In this document: in pieces, positions 1 to 10,944 of the stretch | How positions within the stretch are numbered: the stretch's first letter is position 1 | How the letters are laid out: each line of letters opens with the position of its first letter | Source: an uncultured delta proteobacterium | Lineage (GTDB): Bacteria > Myxococcota_A > Polyangia > Polyangiales > Polyangiaceae | Assembly: GCA_963841435.1 (NCBI GenBank) | Contig: CAWJCS010000004.1 | Location: forward strand, 288,001-352,000 | Reading direction: 5' to 3' | DNA length: 64,000 nt | Translations under genes and position numbers: made by a program | Notes under the pieces: model-generated | Told to the model about the DNA's origin: nothing | The model's database searches: none | The model's input: only the letters and a program-made list of their open reading frames with translations

Positions 1-1753
1 CCCATCCTGCGCGGCGCCGGATCCGACGAGAGCCAGGTGTTCCTCGACGGTATTCCCGTGCCCTTTCTCTATCACTTCGGCGGCGTGACGAGTTTTTACA
101 GCTCGCGGCTCCTCTCCCAGGTCGACCTTTACCCCGGCAACTTCTCGACGCGCTTCGGGCGCGCCGTCGGCGGTGTCGTCAACGTGAAGACGCGAGACCC
201 GGCGCACGATCGCTTTCACGGCATGCTCGACCTCAGCCTCATCGACACCGCCGTGCTCGCGGAAGTACCGCTCAGTGCCGACTCTGGTCTCGCCATCGCG
301 GGACGTCGCTCCAACATCGACCTCGTCTATTCGAAGCTCGTCCCCGATGACGCCTTCTCCGTCGTCACGGCGCCCGTCTACTACGACTATCAGGCCATCT
401 ATGCCGTCAAGCTCGGCAATCACCACCGGCTGCGACTGCTCGGGTACGGCAGCCGCGACGCGCTCGAGCTCCTGTTCAGCGATCCGAACAACGAGGATCC
501 TGGGCTCACGGGGGGCATCAAGGGGACGCTCGCCTTCCACCGGTTCCAGGCCGAGCTCCGCTCCGACCTCGCCCCCGGCCTTTCCCAGGACATCGTGCTC
601 GCCTTCGGTTCAACTCGATGCCGAGCAGCGCTTCGGCGAGCTGTTCCAGAAGTTCGGAGGCGAGGAGCTTCACGGGCGCGGCGAGTGGAGCCTGGAGCTC
701 GATCCGCGGCTCCGCCTCACGGCGGGGGCCGACTTCTTTAGCTGGTTCTTGAGCGGCAGGTATCGCGGCCCCGCGCCCGCGCAGTTCGAGGGCAACCCGC
801 GCGATGGAGATCCGCTTGCTGCGCAGCGCATCGTCTCGGCCGACGCTGGTGGCATCGACATCGTTCGGCCTGGCGCGTACCTCGAGCTCGGCGTGCGGCC
901 GATTGACGCGCTCTTGATCGTCCCTGGCGTGAGGGTCGACTACTACGGGGAGTTCGGGGCCTGGTCGATCGATCCGCGGTTGTCGGCGCGGCTCGCGGTC
1001 GCCCACGAGACGACGCTCAAGGCGGGCGTCGGGCGCTACAGCCAGCCGCCGCTCTTCTGGATGTCGATTCCGGGTGTCGGCAACCCGGATCTCGGGCCCT
1101 ATCATGCGCTCCAGACGAGCGCGGGCATCGAGCAACGCTTCGGCAAACCGCTGTCGCTCGGAGTCGAGGGCTTCTACAAGAAGCTCGATCACACCGTCGT
1201 CGGCACCGCCGACGGAGGACCGCCCGTGTTCGTCAACGAGGGCAAGGGGCGCATCTTCGGCGCCGAGTTTTCGGCCGAAGCCCGTCCCGACGACCGCACC
1301 TTCGCGTTCCTTGCGTACACGCTTTCGCGCAGCGAAAGAAAGGATCAGGTCGGACCGTACCGCCTATTCGACCACGACCAAACCCACATCCTGAGTGTGG
1401 CGGCGTCACGCAAGCTCGGCGCGGGTTGGGAGGTCGGCGCACGCTTTCGACTCGTGAGCGGCGAGCCGTCCACGCCCGTCACGGGCAGCATTTACGACGC
1501 GCGTTCGGGCGTGTACCTGCCGCGCTACGGCACCGTCAACAGCGTTCGCAACCCGACCTTCCATCAGCTCGACGTGAAGGTCGAGAAGGCGTTTCACCTC
1601 GGCGCGCTGACGCTTGCTCCGTACCTCGACATCCAGAACGTGTACGCCGCAACGAACCCCGAAGGTTACTCGTACAACTACGACTACACCGAGCGACAAG
1701 AGGCTCCCGGTCTCGGGTTCTTCCCCAATCTCGGGTTGAGAGGAGAGCTATGA
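1..1753 (+). CDS. TonB-dependent receptor, 5'-truncated by the window edge; one +1 frameshift at 609-610
   Basis: Frame 1 gives a plug-domain motif (ILRGAGSDESQVFLDGIPVPFLYHFGG...VDLYPGNFSTRFGRAVGGVVNVKTR). ORF 275..1753 gives the barrel (IDPRLSAR, LKAGVGRYSQPP, LDIQNVY...PNLGLRGEL). Removing one T at 609-610 joins the two. Confidence 0.9.
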
Positions 1754-2661
1754 AAAGGCCCAAGAACAAGCGCCACGCGGGGATCTTCGTGTGCGCCGGC
1801 GCGCTCGCCGCGCTCGGTTGCGACGACCCGCTCACGCCCGTGGAGGTCGTCGACAAGACGCGCATCATCGGCGCTCGCGTCGAGGTCGGCGGGGATCCGT
1901 CGCGCGCCGCGCCACTGCCGGGCGAGAACGTTGACGTGCGTTTCCTCGTCGTCGCGCCGAACCCCGAGCCCAGCCTCGCGTTCGCCCTCCACGCCTGTGT
2001 CGCCACCGATTCGGTCACGGATCTGCCGGCGTGCGCGGGGCCCGACCTCGCGACGGCGACGAGCACGGACCCTCTGCCGGCGCCTCCTGCGATCACGTTC
2101 GACGCGCCCCTCGACGCCACGGGCGACGAGCGGCTCGTCGTGCAGGGTCGGTTCTGCCCAGACGGCGTCGCCCTCGAAGACGGTGACGCGCCGGCGTGTG
2201 CACAGGGGCGCGGGCCGCTCGACGTGTCGCTCGACTTCTCGATGGACGACGGGGCACACCCGAATTCGAACCCGAGCCTCACGCGTGTGACGCTCGACGG
2301 CGTCGAGATCGGCGCCGACACGACGGCGACGCTCGATTGCACGCTGCTGCCCGAGCTCGCTCACGGGTCCGCTCACGCGCTCTCCATCGAGCTCGCCGAC
2401 GATTCCCGTGATCCGTTGCCGCCCGAGACCGCGGCGAGCGCCAGTCGCGAGAGCCTGTTGCTCTCCTATTTCGTGAGCTCGGGCGAGCTCGACCACGCCT
2501 ACAGCGCGATCGAGAGCACCGCAACCAGCCTCACGCGCAGCGTGACGTGGACGGCGCCGGGCGCTGCAGCCGACGCGCGCGTCGAGCGGTTCTACGTGGT
2601 CGTGCGCGACGGGCGGGGCGGGGCCGACTTCGCCGAGCGCCGCGTGTGCGTGCTGCCCTGA
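1750..2661 (+). CDS. Lipoprotein associated with the TonB-dependent receptor
   Basis: ATGA overlap with the receptor stop; signal peptide with lipobox-like AALGC; C-terminal FYVVVRDGRGG motif. Confidence 0.75.
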   Translation: MKRPKNKRHAGIFVCAGALAALGCDDPLTPVEVVDKTRIIGARVEVGGDPSRAAPLPGENVDVRFLVVAPNPEPSLAFALHACVATDSVTDLPACAGPDLATATSTDPLPAPPAITFDAPLDATGDERLVVQGRFCPDGVALEDGDAPACAQGRGPLDVSLDFSMDDGAHPNSNPSLTRVTLDGVEIGADTTATLDCTLLPELAHGSAHALSIELADDSRDPLPPETAASASRESLLLSYFVSSGELDHAYSAIESTATSLTRSVTWTAPGAAADARVERFYVVVRDGRGGADFAERRVCVLP

Positions 2662-2694
2662 GCGGCTTCGCCTTTTTTCAGACTGGAGGAATCG

Positions 2695-3333
2695 ATGGAT
2701 ATCGAACGCATCAATCGCATCACTACTTATGGGTCGACCTGGGTCCTCTGGGTCCTGGTCGTCGCGAGCGTCGTGGCGCTTGCGATCGTCATCGAACGGG
2801 CGGTGCTCCTGATCTCGTCGCGCGACGACCTCGTGCGCTTGCGCCGCGAGCTGCGCGAGTTGCTCGCTCAGCGCGACGTTGACGGTGCACGGCGCCGGCT
2901 CGATGCCTCGCCGAGCTTCGAGGCCTCGATCGCGCGCGCGGGGCTCGACGCCGACGGCGCCGCGAGCGCCGAGGAACGCATTCAGGCCGAGCAACAGGTG
3001 ACGCGCCTCGAGCTCGAACGACACCTCGGTTTCCTCGGAACGCTCGGTTCGAACGCACCGTTCATCGGGCTGCTCGGTACCGTGATCGGCGTCGTGCGCG
3101 CCTTCCACAAGCTCGCGGAGTTGACGGGCCAGGTGTCGGCGGGGCTGCTCGCCGAGATCGGCGAGGCGCTCGTGGCGACGGCCGTGGGCATCGTCGTGGC
3201 GTTGCCGGCGATCGCCTGCTTCAACGCCTTCCAGCGCATCATCCGCGGGCGCCTCGGGCAGAGCGACGCGCTCGGGCGTGAAGTGCTCGCGTACCTGAAG
3301 TCCGGCGCGCGCGCCGTGCTGGAGGCGCCCTGA
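2695..3333 (+). CDS. exbB: MotA/TolQ/ExbB proton channel protein
   Basis: GGAGG RBS; LGFLGTLGSNAPFIGLLGTVIGV and EALVATAVGIVVALPA motifs. Confidence 0.92.
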   Translation: MDIERINRITTYGSTWVLWVLVVASVVALAIVIERAVLLISSRDDLVRLRRELRELLAQRDVDGARRRLDASPSFEASIARAGLDADGAASAEERIQAEQQVTRLELERHLGFLGTLGSNAPFIGLLGTVIGVVRAFHKLAELTGQVSAGLLAEIGEALVATAVGIVVALPAIACFNAFQRIIRGRLGQSDALGREVLAYLKSGARAVLEAP

Positions 3334-3334
3334 C

Positions 3335-3754
3335 ATGGCAGCCTCCAACCCGGCCGCCGACGAGGAAATCGTCGGCATCAACGTGACGCCGCTCGTGGAC
3401 GTTGTTTTGGTGTTGCTCGTCGTGCTCATGGTCACGGCGGGCTACATCGCCAAGCAAGCGATCCCGGTCGATCTGCCGCGGGCCGCCACGGGCGAATCCG
3501 TGCCGGATACGCTGGCCCTCTCGATCGATCGGGATGGCGCCTATTACGCAGACGGCAAACGACTCGGCGTTCCGGCGCTCCACGCGCTCGTCGCCGCGCG
3601 GAAGCGCGTGCAGCCCGGGCTTCGCGCGGTCATCGCTGCCGACGGCAGCGCCCGACACCACCACGTCGTCGGCCTCATCGACTTGCTCCGGCAGGAGCGC
3701 GTCACCGAGTTTGCCTTCGACGTACGGCCCGAAGATGTCGGCTCCAAACCCTAG
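3335..3754 (+). CDS. exbD: ExbD/TolR biopolymer transport protein
   Basis: INVTPLVDVVLVLLVVLMVTA motif, IPVDLPRA, VIAAD. Confidence 0.92.
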   Translation: MAASNPAADEEIVGINVTPLVDVVLVLLVVLMVTAGYIAKQAIPVDLPRAATGESVPDTLALSIDRDGAYYADGKRLGVPALHALVAARKRVQPGLRAVIAADGSARHHHVVGLIDLLRQERVTEFAFDVRPEDVGSKP

Positions 3755-3761
3755 CGTCCCC

Positions 3762-4508
3762 ATGAGCGATCATCCCGTCGTCGGTTTCGTTTCGGCTGCC
3801 GCGCTGAGCCTGGCCGCTCACGGCATCGCGTACGCCTCGCTCGCGTACGTCCCGTCGTCGCCGAGCCCGAGCCCCCCGAGTCGCGTGAGCTTTCGCATCC
3901 ACGAGCCGCCCCCGCCCGCGCCGGAGCCGCCTCCGACCCCTCCGACCCAGCCGACGCCCGACCGTTCCCCCGAGCGCTCCGAGCCACGGCCGCGACCCGA
4001 GCCGACCCCCGCGCCTCCTCCGCCCGCCGCCGCGGCCGTCGACCTGCGGGGGGTCACGCTCACCAACGAGGGCGGCGGCTCCTTTAGCTCGGCCGTCGGC
4101 AACGGGCTTTCCTTCGACGGCCCGATCGGTGCCGTACGCCGCCAGGCGACCGCCCGGGCAGCTACCCCGGCGGCCACCCCGGCCCCCACGCCCACCGCGC
4201 CGCCGCTCGTCGAGCTCGCCGACCTCTCGGAGCGGCCCGTCCCGCCCGACCTCGGCAGCGTGCTCGCCCGCTACTACCCGGCGGACGCCAAGGCCCGAGG
4301 CATCGGCGGCACGGCCGTCGTCCGGGCGCGTGTCGACGCGGACGGCCGGATCCGCACGGTGACGGTGGCGGCCGAAAGCTTCGTCGGTTTCGGCGATGCC
4401 TGCCGCCGCACTCTAGCGGGCTCGCGCTGGTCGCCGCCGAAGGATCGGAACGGGCGCGCCGTCGCGACCGGGATCCGCTACACCTGTCGCTTCCTCGTCG
4501 ACCGATGA
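3762..4508 (+). CDS. tonB: Energy transducer TonB
   Basis: N-terminal TM with SxxxH (SLAAH), Pro-rich linker, TonB C-domain (YPADAKARGIGGTAVVRARVDADGR...WSPPKDRNGRAV). Alternative ATG at 3735. Confidence 0.85.
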   Translation: MSDHPVVGFVSAAALSLAAHGIAYASLAYVPSSPSPSPPSRVSFRIHEPPPPAPEPPPTPPTQPTPDRSPERSEPRPRPEPTPAPPPPAAAAVDLRGVTLTNEGGGSFSSAVGNGLSFDGPIGAVRRQATARAATPAATPAPTPTAPPLVELADLSERPVPPDLGSVLARYYPADAKARGIGGTAVVRARVDADGRIRTVTVAAESFVGFGDACRRTLAGSRWSPPKDRNGRAVATGIRYTCRFLVDR

Positions 4509-6037
4509 CGCCGCGCTTCTCGATCCTCGCGCTTGCGCTGTCCATCGCGCTCGCCGTGCCGGCGCTCGGCGCGGCGCCGGCGCGCACTGGTTTGCCGGTC
4601 GCCGTCGAGCCGGGAAGCTCGAGGCTCGACGCCGCGAGCATCGAGGACGCCATCCACCAGGAGCTCCACGTCCCGCTCATCCACGATCCGAGCGCAACCG
4701 AGCGCCTCGAGGTCGTCGTGACGGGGAGGCGCGCGAACGTCACGTACTTTCGCGCGGCACGGGAGCCGGTGACGCGCTCCGTGGACCTGCCGCGCGATCC
4801 GGAGCGCGCGCTCGAGACGATCGCTTACCTGGCGGGAAACCTCGCGCGCGACGAGGCGAGCGAGTTGCTCGCCGAGCTCGCACCGGCCGGCGAAACCTCC
4901 GCGGAGCCGGACGCTGAGCCCCCACCGCCCCCGCCACCGCCTCCTCCACCTCCTCCACCCCCGCCCAACGCCGCAGCGACCGCAAAGCCCGTGGCAAAGC
5001 CGCCCCCGCCGCCCGCCGCAGACGCGAAACCGGGAGAGGGCCTCATCGAGCCGCAAGGGTTTGCCTACAATGTGACCCTGGCGCCGCCCATCGCGCTCTT
5101 GCCGCACCCCGAGCGCCGGCGGCTCAACTTCGAGCTCGGTGCCGCGATGTCGCACGTCGGTGCGATCAAGGGCGTGGGCTTCGCGCTCGGCTACCTCCGG
5201 ATCGACGGTCCCGTGGAGGGGACCTCCTTCGCTGTGTTGTGGAATCGCTCGGGCGGCGGTCGCGGCGTGCAGGCGTCGTTCATCGGCACGCAGGGTGAGG
5301 GGTCGTTTTACGGTATCGACTTTGCGGGCGTGGCAAGCGTCCGCTCGGGGGACATGCGCGGCGTCGAGGTCGGCGGCGTCGTCGCCCGGGCGAAGCGCTT
5401 CGAGGGCGCGCAAGGAGGGGGCATCGTCGCGTCGGCGAACGAGCTTCGCGGCGTGCAAGTCGCCGGCGTGGTCAGCACCGCTGGCGAAGTGTCGGGGGCG
5501 CAGGGCGCCGGGATCGCCACCGTGGCGCGCGATTTTTCGGGCGTGCAGGCCTCGCTCGTCAACGTGGCCGGCCGCGTCGAGGGCGTCCAGGTCGGGCTCG
5601 TCAACGTGGCGGAGGAAATCCACGGCGGCGCGATCGGTCTCGTGAATCTCGCGGGCAACGGGCGAGTGCATCCGAGCGTTTGGCTGTCGGGACCGGACCT
5701 TCAGTACAACGGCGGCGTTCGCTTCGTGACGGACTACACCTATGCGCTGATTGGCGCCGGCTATCAGCCGAGTGGCCGCCGCCTCGCGTACCAGCTGGCG
5801 CTCGGCCTGCACCTCGGCCTCGGTCGCGGCTTCTTCGAGACCGGGCTCGGCGGCGCCGAGATCCGCGAGACCACCGGAAGCTTTCGCTCCGTGCGCGGGG
5901 AGGCACGCTACGAGGTCCGCGCCGGGTACGAGGTCGTGCGCCACCTCGAGCCCTACGCCGGCGGTGCGGTCACCGTGCGCGGCACGGGGGAGGGGAAGCC
6001 GGTCCGTGGCGAGGGCTTCCTGGGGCTGGCTTTCTAG
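4505..6037 (+). CDS. Secreted surface protein with poly-Pro linker, LA_2272-like GxQxGxxNxA repeats and probable C-terminal beta-barrel
   Basis: Signal peptide; 16 consecutive Pro codons at 4919-4966; about 15-aa repeats (GVQVAGVVSTA, GVQASLVNVA, GVQVGLVNVA); amphipathic strands ending in Phe. Confidence 0.75.
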   Translation: MTPRFSILALALSIALAVPALGAAPARTGLPVAVEPGSSRLDAASIEDAIHQELHVPLIHDPSATERLEVVVTGRRANVTYFRAAREPVTRSVDLPRDPERALETIAYLAGNLARDEASELLAELAPAGETSAEPDAEPPPPPPPPPPPPPPPPNAAATAKPVAKPPPPPAADAKPGEGLIEPQGFAYNVTLAPPIALLPHPERRRLNFELGAAMSHVGAIKGVGFALGYLRIDGPVEGTSFAVLWNRSGGGRGVQASFIGTQGEGSFYGIDFAGVASVRSGDMRGVEVGGVVARAKRFEGAQGGGIVASANELRGVQVAGVVSTAGEVSGAQGAGIATVARDFSGVQASLVNVAGRVEGVQVGLVNVAEEIHGGAIGLVNLAGNGRVHPSVWLSGPDLQYNGGVRFVTDYTYALIGAGYQPSGRRLAYQLALGLHLGLGRGFFETGLGGAEIRETTGSFRSVRGEARYEVRAGYEVVRHLEPYAGGAVTVRGTGEGKPVRGEGFLGLAF

Positions 6038-6038
6038 C

Positions 6039-6063
6039 AATAAATAATCATATCCGACAGTTA
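6039..6063 (+). promoter_or_regulatory. AT-rich patch with IHF-like site upstream of the ECF sigma gene
   Basis: AATAAATAATCA followed by TATCCGACAGTTA, one mismatch to WATCARNNNNTTR. Confidence 0.35.
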
Positions 6064-6140
6064 GGCGACATGTGGCGGCGTTTGAACGATCGCGGGACTG
6101 CCGGGCACAAACCCGAGAGGCCCCGTGTGGCCGCCACGGA

Positions 6141-6740
6141 ATGACGCTATCTCACCTCGTGACCGTGACGGACGCGACGTTCGCCCAGAGGGACGAGCCG
6201 ACCCAGGACGATCTGGTCGCTCGAATTGCGTACGGCGACCGCGCGGCCATCGGTGAGGTGTACGACGCGCACCACGTCGCCGTGCGCGCGTTCTGCCAGC
6301 GGCTCGTCGGGGAGGTCGCGGCTGCCGAGGACCTTCTGCATCACGTCTTCGTGTCGCTCGAGCAGAGCATCCGCGGATACCGAGGCGAGGCCTCGCTCCG
6401 CACGTTTCTGATCTCGGTGGCCGTCAACCACGCGCGCCATCACGTGCGCGCCGCGGCACGTCGGCGCCACGCCATGGAGCGACTGGAGCGCGAGCCGAGC
6501 GGACGCTCGTCGGATCCCGAGGAGGAAGCCGGTCGTCGGGAGCTGTCGCGGGCACTGACGCGGAGTCTCGACGCGCTGCCGCTCGATCAGCGCGTGGCTT
6601 TCGTGCTTTGCGAGGTGGAAGAGCGGAGCTCCATCGAGGTCTCGAAGATCGTCGGCAGTCCCGAAGGTACGGTGCGCACCCGCCTGTTCCACGCGAAAAA
6701 GAAGCTGCGCGAGCTCTTGGCCCAGGAGGGCGTCCGATGA
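6141..6740 (+). CDS. ECF (sigma-70 group 4) RNA polymerase sigma factor
   Basis: Region 2 (AAEDLLHHVF...YRGEASLRTFLISVAVN) and region 4 (LDALPLDQRVAFVL...EVSKIVGSPEGTVRTRLFHAKKKLR). Confidence 0.92.
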   Translation: MTLSHLVTVTDATFAQRDEPTQDDLVARIAYGDRAAIGEVYDAHHVAVRAFCQRLVGEVAAAEDLLHHVFVSLEQSIRGYRGEASLRTFLISVAVNHARHHVRAAARRRHAMERLEREPSGRSSDPEEEAGRRELSRALTRSLDALPLDQRVAFVLCEVEERSSIEVSKIVGSPEGTVRTRLFHAKKKLRELLAQEGVR

Positions 6741-7471
6741 ACGACGACGTGCTCGCCCGCGCAACCCGCGCTCTACGGGAGGAAACCCAGGGCGACGACG
6801 CGAGCGCTCGCCTCACGCGCTCGCGCATCATGGCGGGCGTCGCCGAGCGCCGCGTGCGGCGGCGGACGCGCGTCGCCTTCCTCTTGCCCATCGCTGCGAC
6901 GTTCGTCGCCGCGAGCGCGCTCGGAGCGACCGGCTCCGGGCGTCAGGCGCTCGCGGGGCTCGCCCGTGCGCTCGGCTTGCCCGTCGGCCCCGCCGCTACG
7001 GCCGCCCCGCCGCCGGCACGCCCGGCTCCTATTCGCCGTGCTGCTCCAGCCCCCGAGCCGGCCGTCGACCGCGCGCCCGAGCCCGCGCCCCCGGCGGAGC
7101 CTGAGCCCGGTCCGGAGCCAGACCCCGCTCCGGCTCGCGTGCCCGAGGTGGCAGCCGCGCTCGCCCCCGAGCCCGCTCGTTCAGCGACGAGCGCCGACCC
7201 CGCCTTCGATCTGTACCGGGCAGCCCACCACGCTCACTTCGTGGAGCGCGATCCGGCGCAAGCCCTGGCCGCGTGGGATGCGTATCTGAAGAGGGCGCCA
7301 CGCGGCTCGTTCGCGCTCGAGGCCCGCTACAACCGCGCCCTCTGCCTGTTGCGCCTGCAGCGTACGGCCGAGGCACGCGTTGCGCTGACACCGTTCGCCG
7401 AGGGTCGCTACCAGGGATACCGCCAGGGAGAGGCCCGCGAGCTCATCGACGCGCTGCCCGAAAATCAGTAG
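6737..7471 (+). CDS. Putative membrane anti-sigma factor with C-terminal TPR/BamD-like helices
   Basis: ATGA overlap with the ECF gene; short N-terminal helix, TM (VAFLLPIAATFVAASALG), Pro-rich linker, ALAAWDAYLKRAPRGSFALEARYNRALCLLRL. Confidence 0.7.
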   Translation: MNDDVLARATRALREETQGDDASARLTRSRIMAGVAERRVRRRTRVAFLLPIAATFVAASALGATGSGRQALAGLARALGLPVGPAATAAPPPARPAPIRRAAPAPEPAVDRAPEPAPPAEPEPGPEPDPAPARVPEVAAALAPEPARSATSADPAFDLYRAAHHAHFVERDPAQALAAWDAYLKRAPRGSFALEARYNRALCLLRLQRTAEARVALTPFAEGRYQGYRQGEARELIDALPENQ

Positions 7472-7578
7472 CGTAGGGCCCGGAACGAGCCTTCTGTTCG
7501 CGGCCGACGCGGCCCCGAAACCCTGGCCCTCGTGGCCGGAGCGCTGCGAGGGTTGGCGTCCCTGCTGCCTCATGGTAA

Positions 7579-9042
<1,464 letters not shown>

Positions 9043-9058
9043 GCCCGAGGCAGCCAGC

Positions 9059-9568
9059 ATGGCCGAAACGCTCGCGCTCGAAATCGTCACGCCCGACGGC
9101 GTGAAGCTCCGAGAAACCGTCGACACCCTCACCGCTCCCGGCGCCGACGGGGAGTTCGGTGTGCTGCCGAGGCATCGCCCGCTGCTCGCCGCGCTGACCG
9201 CTGGCATTCTCACGTACACGAAGGGCAGCGTCATCGAATCGGTGGCCATCGGCGCCGGTTTCGCCGAGGTGGTGGACGACCGCGCCGTCGTGCTCACCGA
9301 CCACTTCGTCCGCAAGAGCGACATCGATCCGGTGCGCGTGCGCCTCGAGCTCAAGGAAGTCGACGAGGAGCTCGACCGGTACGCCGGTCATCCGAGCGGC
9401 CCCGAGTACGGCGCGCTCGTCGCGCGCGAGCTGTGGGCCGCGACCCAGCTCGAGCTGTACGGCGACCCGCCGCCGCCGCGCGTTCGCAGCCAGAGCGAGC
9501 TCGAGCTCAACCTGGTCGAGACGTACAAGCGGGCCGAGCCGAACGGCGACCCGCACGGGCCCAACTGA
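9059..9568 (+). CDS. atpC: F0F1 ATP synthase subunit epsilon, with C-terminal extension
   Basis: LEIVTPDG...PGADGEFGVLPRHRPLLAAL...GFAEV; follows atpD; 169 aa. Confidence 0.93.
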   Translation: MAETLALEIVTPDGVKLRETVDTLTAPGADGEFGVLPRHRPLLAALTAGILTYTKGSVIESVAIGAGFAEVVDDRAVVLTDHFVRKSDIDPVRVRLELKEVDEELDRYAGHPSGPEYGALVARELWAATQLELYGDPPPPRVRSQSELELNLVETYKRAEPNGDPHGPN

Positions 9569-9628
9569 CGCCGGCACGGCCGCGGCCGGCGCCCGCGGCT
9601 GCGGTCCGGCGTCCAGCTGCGCCGCCGT

Positions 9629-10102
9629 TCAGCGCGTGACGCGCTTCGCGTCGCCGGGCGGCACGACGCGAAAGGCACGTTCGTGGACGAGGCGCCCCTC
9701 GACGCTCACGCGGACACGCCAGGCGCCCGTGTGGTCGTTCGGGCGAAAGGAGAGCGGCACGTCGAGGTCGCTCTCGCCGGGGCGAGCGCGGGCATCGCCG
9801 AAGGCGACGAGTCGGCCGGCGTCGGCGTCTTTCGCGCTCACGGGTTGCTCGAGCTCCCAGTGAACGTGCTCGGGGCTCGTCGGGGCCTCCGACCAGTGCA
9901 GCCGGACGCCGATCGGCAAGCGCGCTCGATCGACGATGAGCGGAAGCTCCTCGCGCTCTTGCAGCTGCCCGCCGAAGAACACGCCGAAGCGTGCCGTGAC
10001 GCGCTCGGACGAGGCTCGATGACAACCGACCGCGCAACCGAAGACGATCGCTCCGAGCGAGAGCCAGCGGCCGCCGTTCGCCCGCGCACCCCTCAGCTGC
10101 AC
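9629..10102 (-). CDS. Hypothetical lipoprotein
   Basis: 3' part of ORF 9629..12073; GTG start overlaps the rsmA end; hydrophobic signal ending AVGC; beta-rich body. Confidence 0.6.
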   Translation of the reverse strand: MQLRGARANGGRWLSLGAIVFGCAVGCHRASSERVTARFGVFFGGQLQEREELPLIVDRARLPIGVRLHWSEAPTSPEHVHWELEQPVSAKDADAGRLVAFGDARARPGESDLDVPLSFRPNDHTGAWRVRVSVEGRLVHERAFRVVPPGDAKRVTR

Positions 10103-10944
10103 GCCGCCTCGTCCGCCATGCGCCCGAACTCTTCGACCGAGAGCGTTTCGCCGCGCCGCTCGAGCGCTATGCCGGCGCGCGCCGCGGCGCTCTCGAGCAC
10201 CTCGCGAGGCAAGAGCGCGCGCCAGGCGTTGCGAAGCGTCTTGCGGCGCTGCGAAAACGCCGACTTCACGACCTTCTGCAGCCAGGCGGTCTCCTCGAGC
10301 GGCAGCTCGCGCGGCTCGAGCACGACGAGCGCGGAATCCACGTTCGGCTGCGGGAAAAACGCCCCACGTCGCACGACGAGGGGCCGCGTGACGCGGTACG
10401 CCGCCTGCAGGAACACGGTGAGCGCGCCGTACTGCGACGTGGCGGGTCGTGCGGCGAGGCGATCGGCGACCTCGAGCTGGACGAGCACGGCGGCGCGCTC
10501 CACCGTTGCGCGGAGGCCCGCGAGGCGCTCGAGCAGCGGGCCCGTGAGGTGGTACGGCAGGTTGCCCACGATCGCGCGCGGCGGGGCTTCGTTCGCGAGC
10601 TCCCCGGCGTAGTCGAACGTCTTGGCGTCGGCTTCGACGATGCGAAGCAGGGAAGCCCGGGGGTGCCCCGCGAGCTCCTCCGTGAGCGCCGGGACGAGGT
10701 CGCGGTCGCGCTCGATGGCAACGACTCGTCGCGCGCGTCGCAAGAGCGGCTCGGTGAGGGCCCCGAGCCCGGCGCCAATCTCGATGACCAGAGCGCCCTC
10801 GGGGATCGCGAGCTCGGCGATGCGTGCGGCGAGCTGTCGGTCCAAGAGGAAGTTCTGGCCGAAATGGCGCTTGGGTCGCAGCGCGCGGCGGCTCAGCGCC
10901 GCGCGTGCGTCCGGCGGTTGGAACGGAGAGTCGGGGGGTGTCAC
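10093..10944 (-). CDS. rsmA: 16S rRNA (adenine1518/1519-N6)-dimethyltransferase
   Basis: RPKRHFGQNFL, VIEIGAGLGALT, VGNLPYHLT, FFPQPNVDS, AFSQRRKTLRN. Confidence 0.96.
   Translation of the reverse strand: MTPPDSPFQPPDARAALSRRALRPKRHFGQNFLLDRQLAARIAELAIPEGALVIEIGAGLGALTEPLLRRARRVVAIERDRDLVPALTEELAGHPRASLLRIVEADAKTFDYAGELANEAPPRAIVGNLPYHLTGPLLERLAGLRATVERAAVLVQLEVADRLAARPATSQYGALTVFLQAAYRVTRPLVVRRGAFFPQPNVDSALVVLEPRELPLEETAWLQKVVKSAFSQRRKTLRNAWRALLPREVLESAAARAGIALERRGETLSVEEFGRMADEAACS

Noticed and set aside
6037..6056. Fur box upstream of the ECF gene
   Set aside because: Only about 11 of 19 positions match GATAATGATAATCATTATC, and the sequence is not palindromic.
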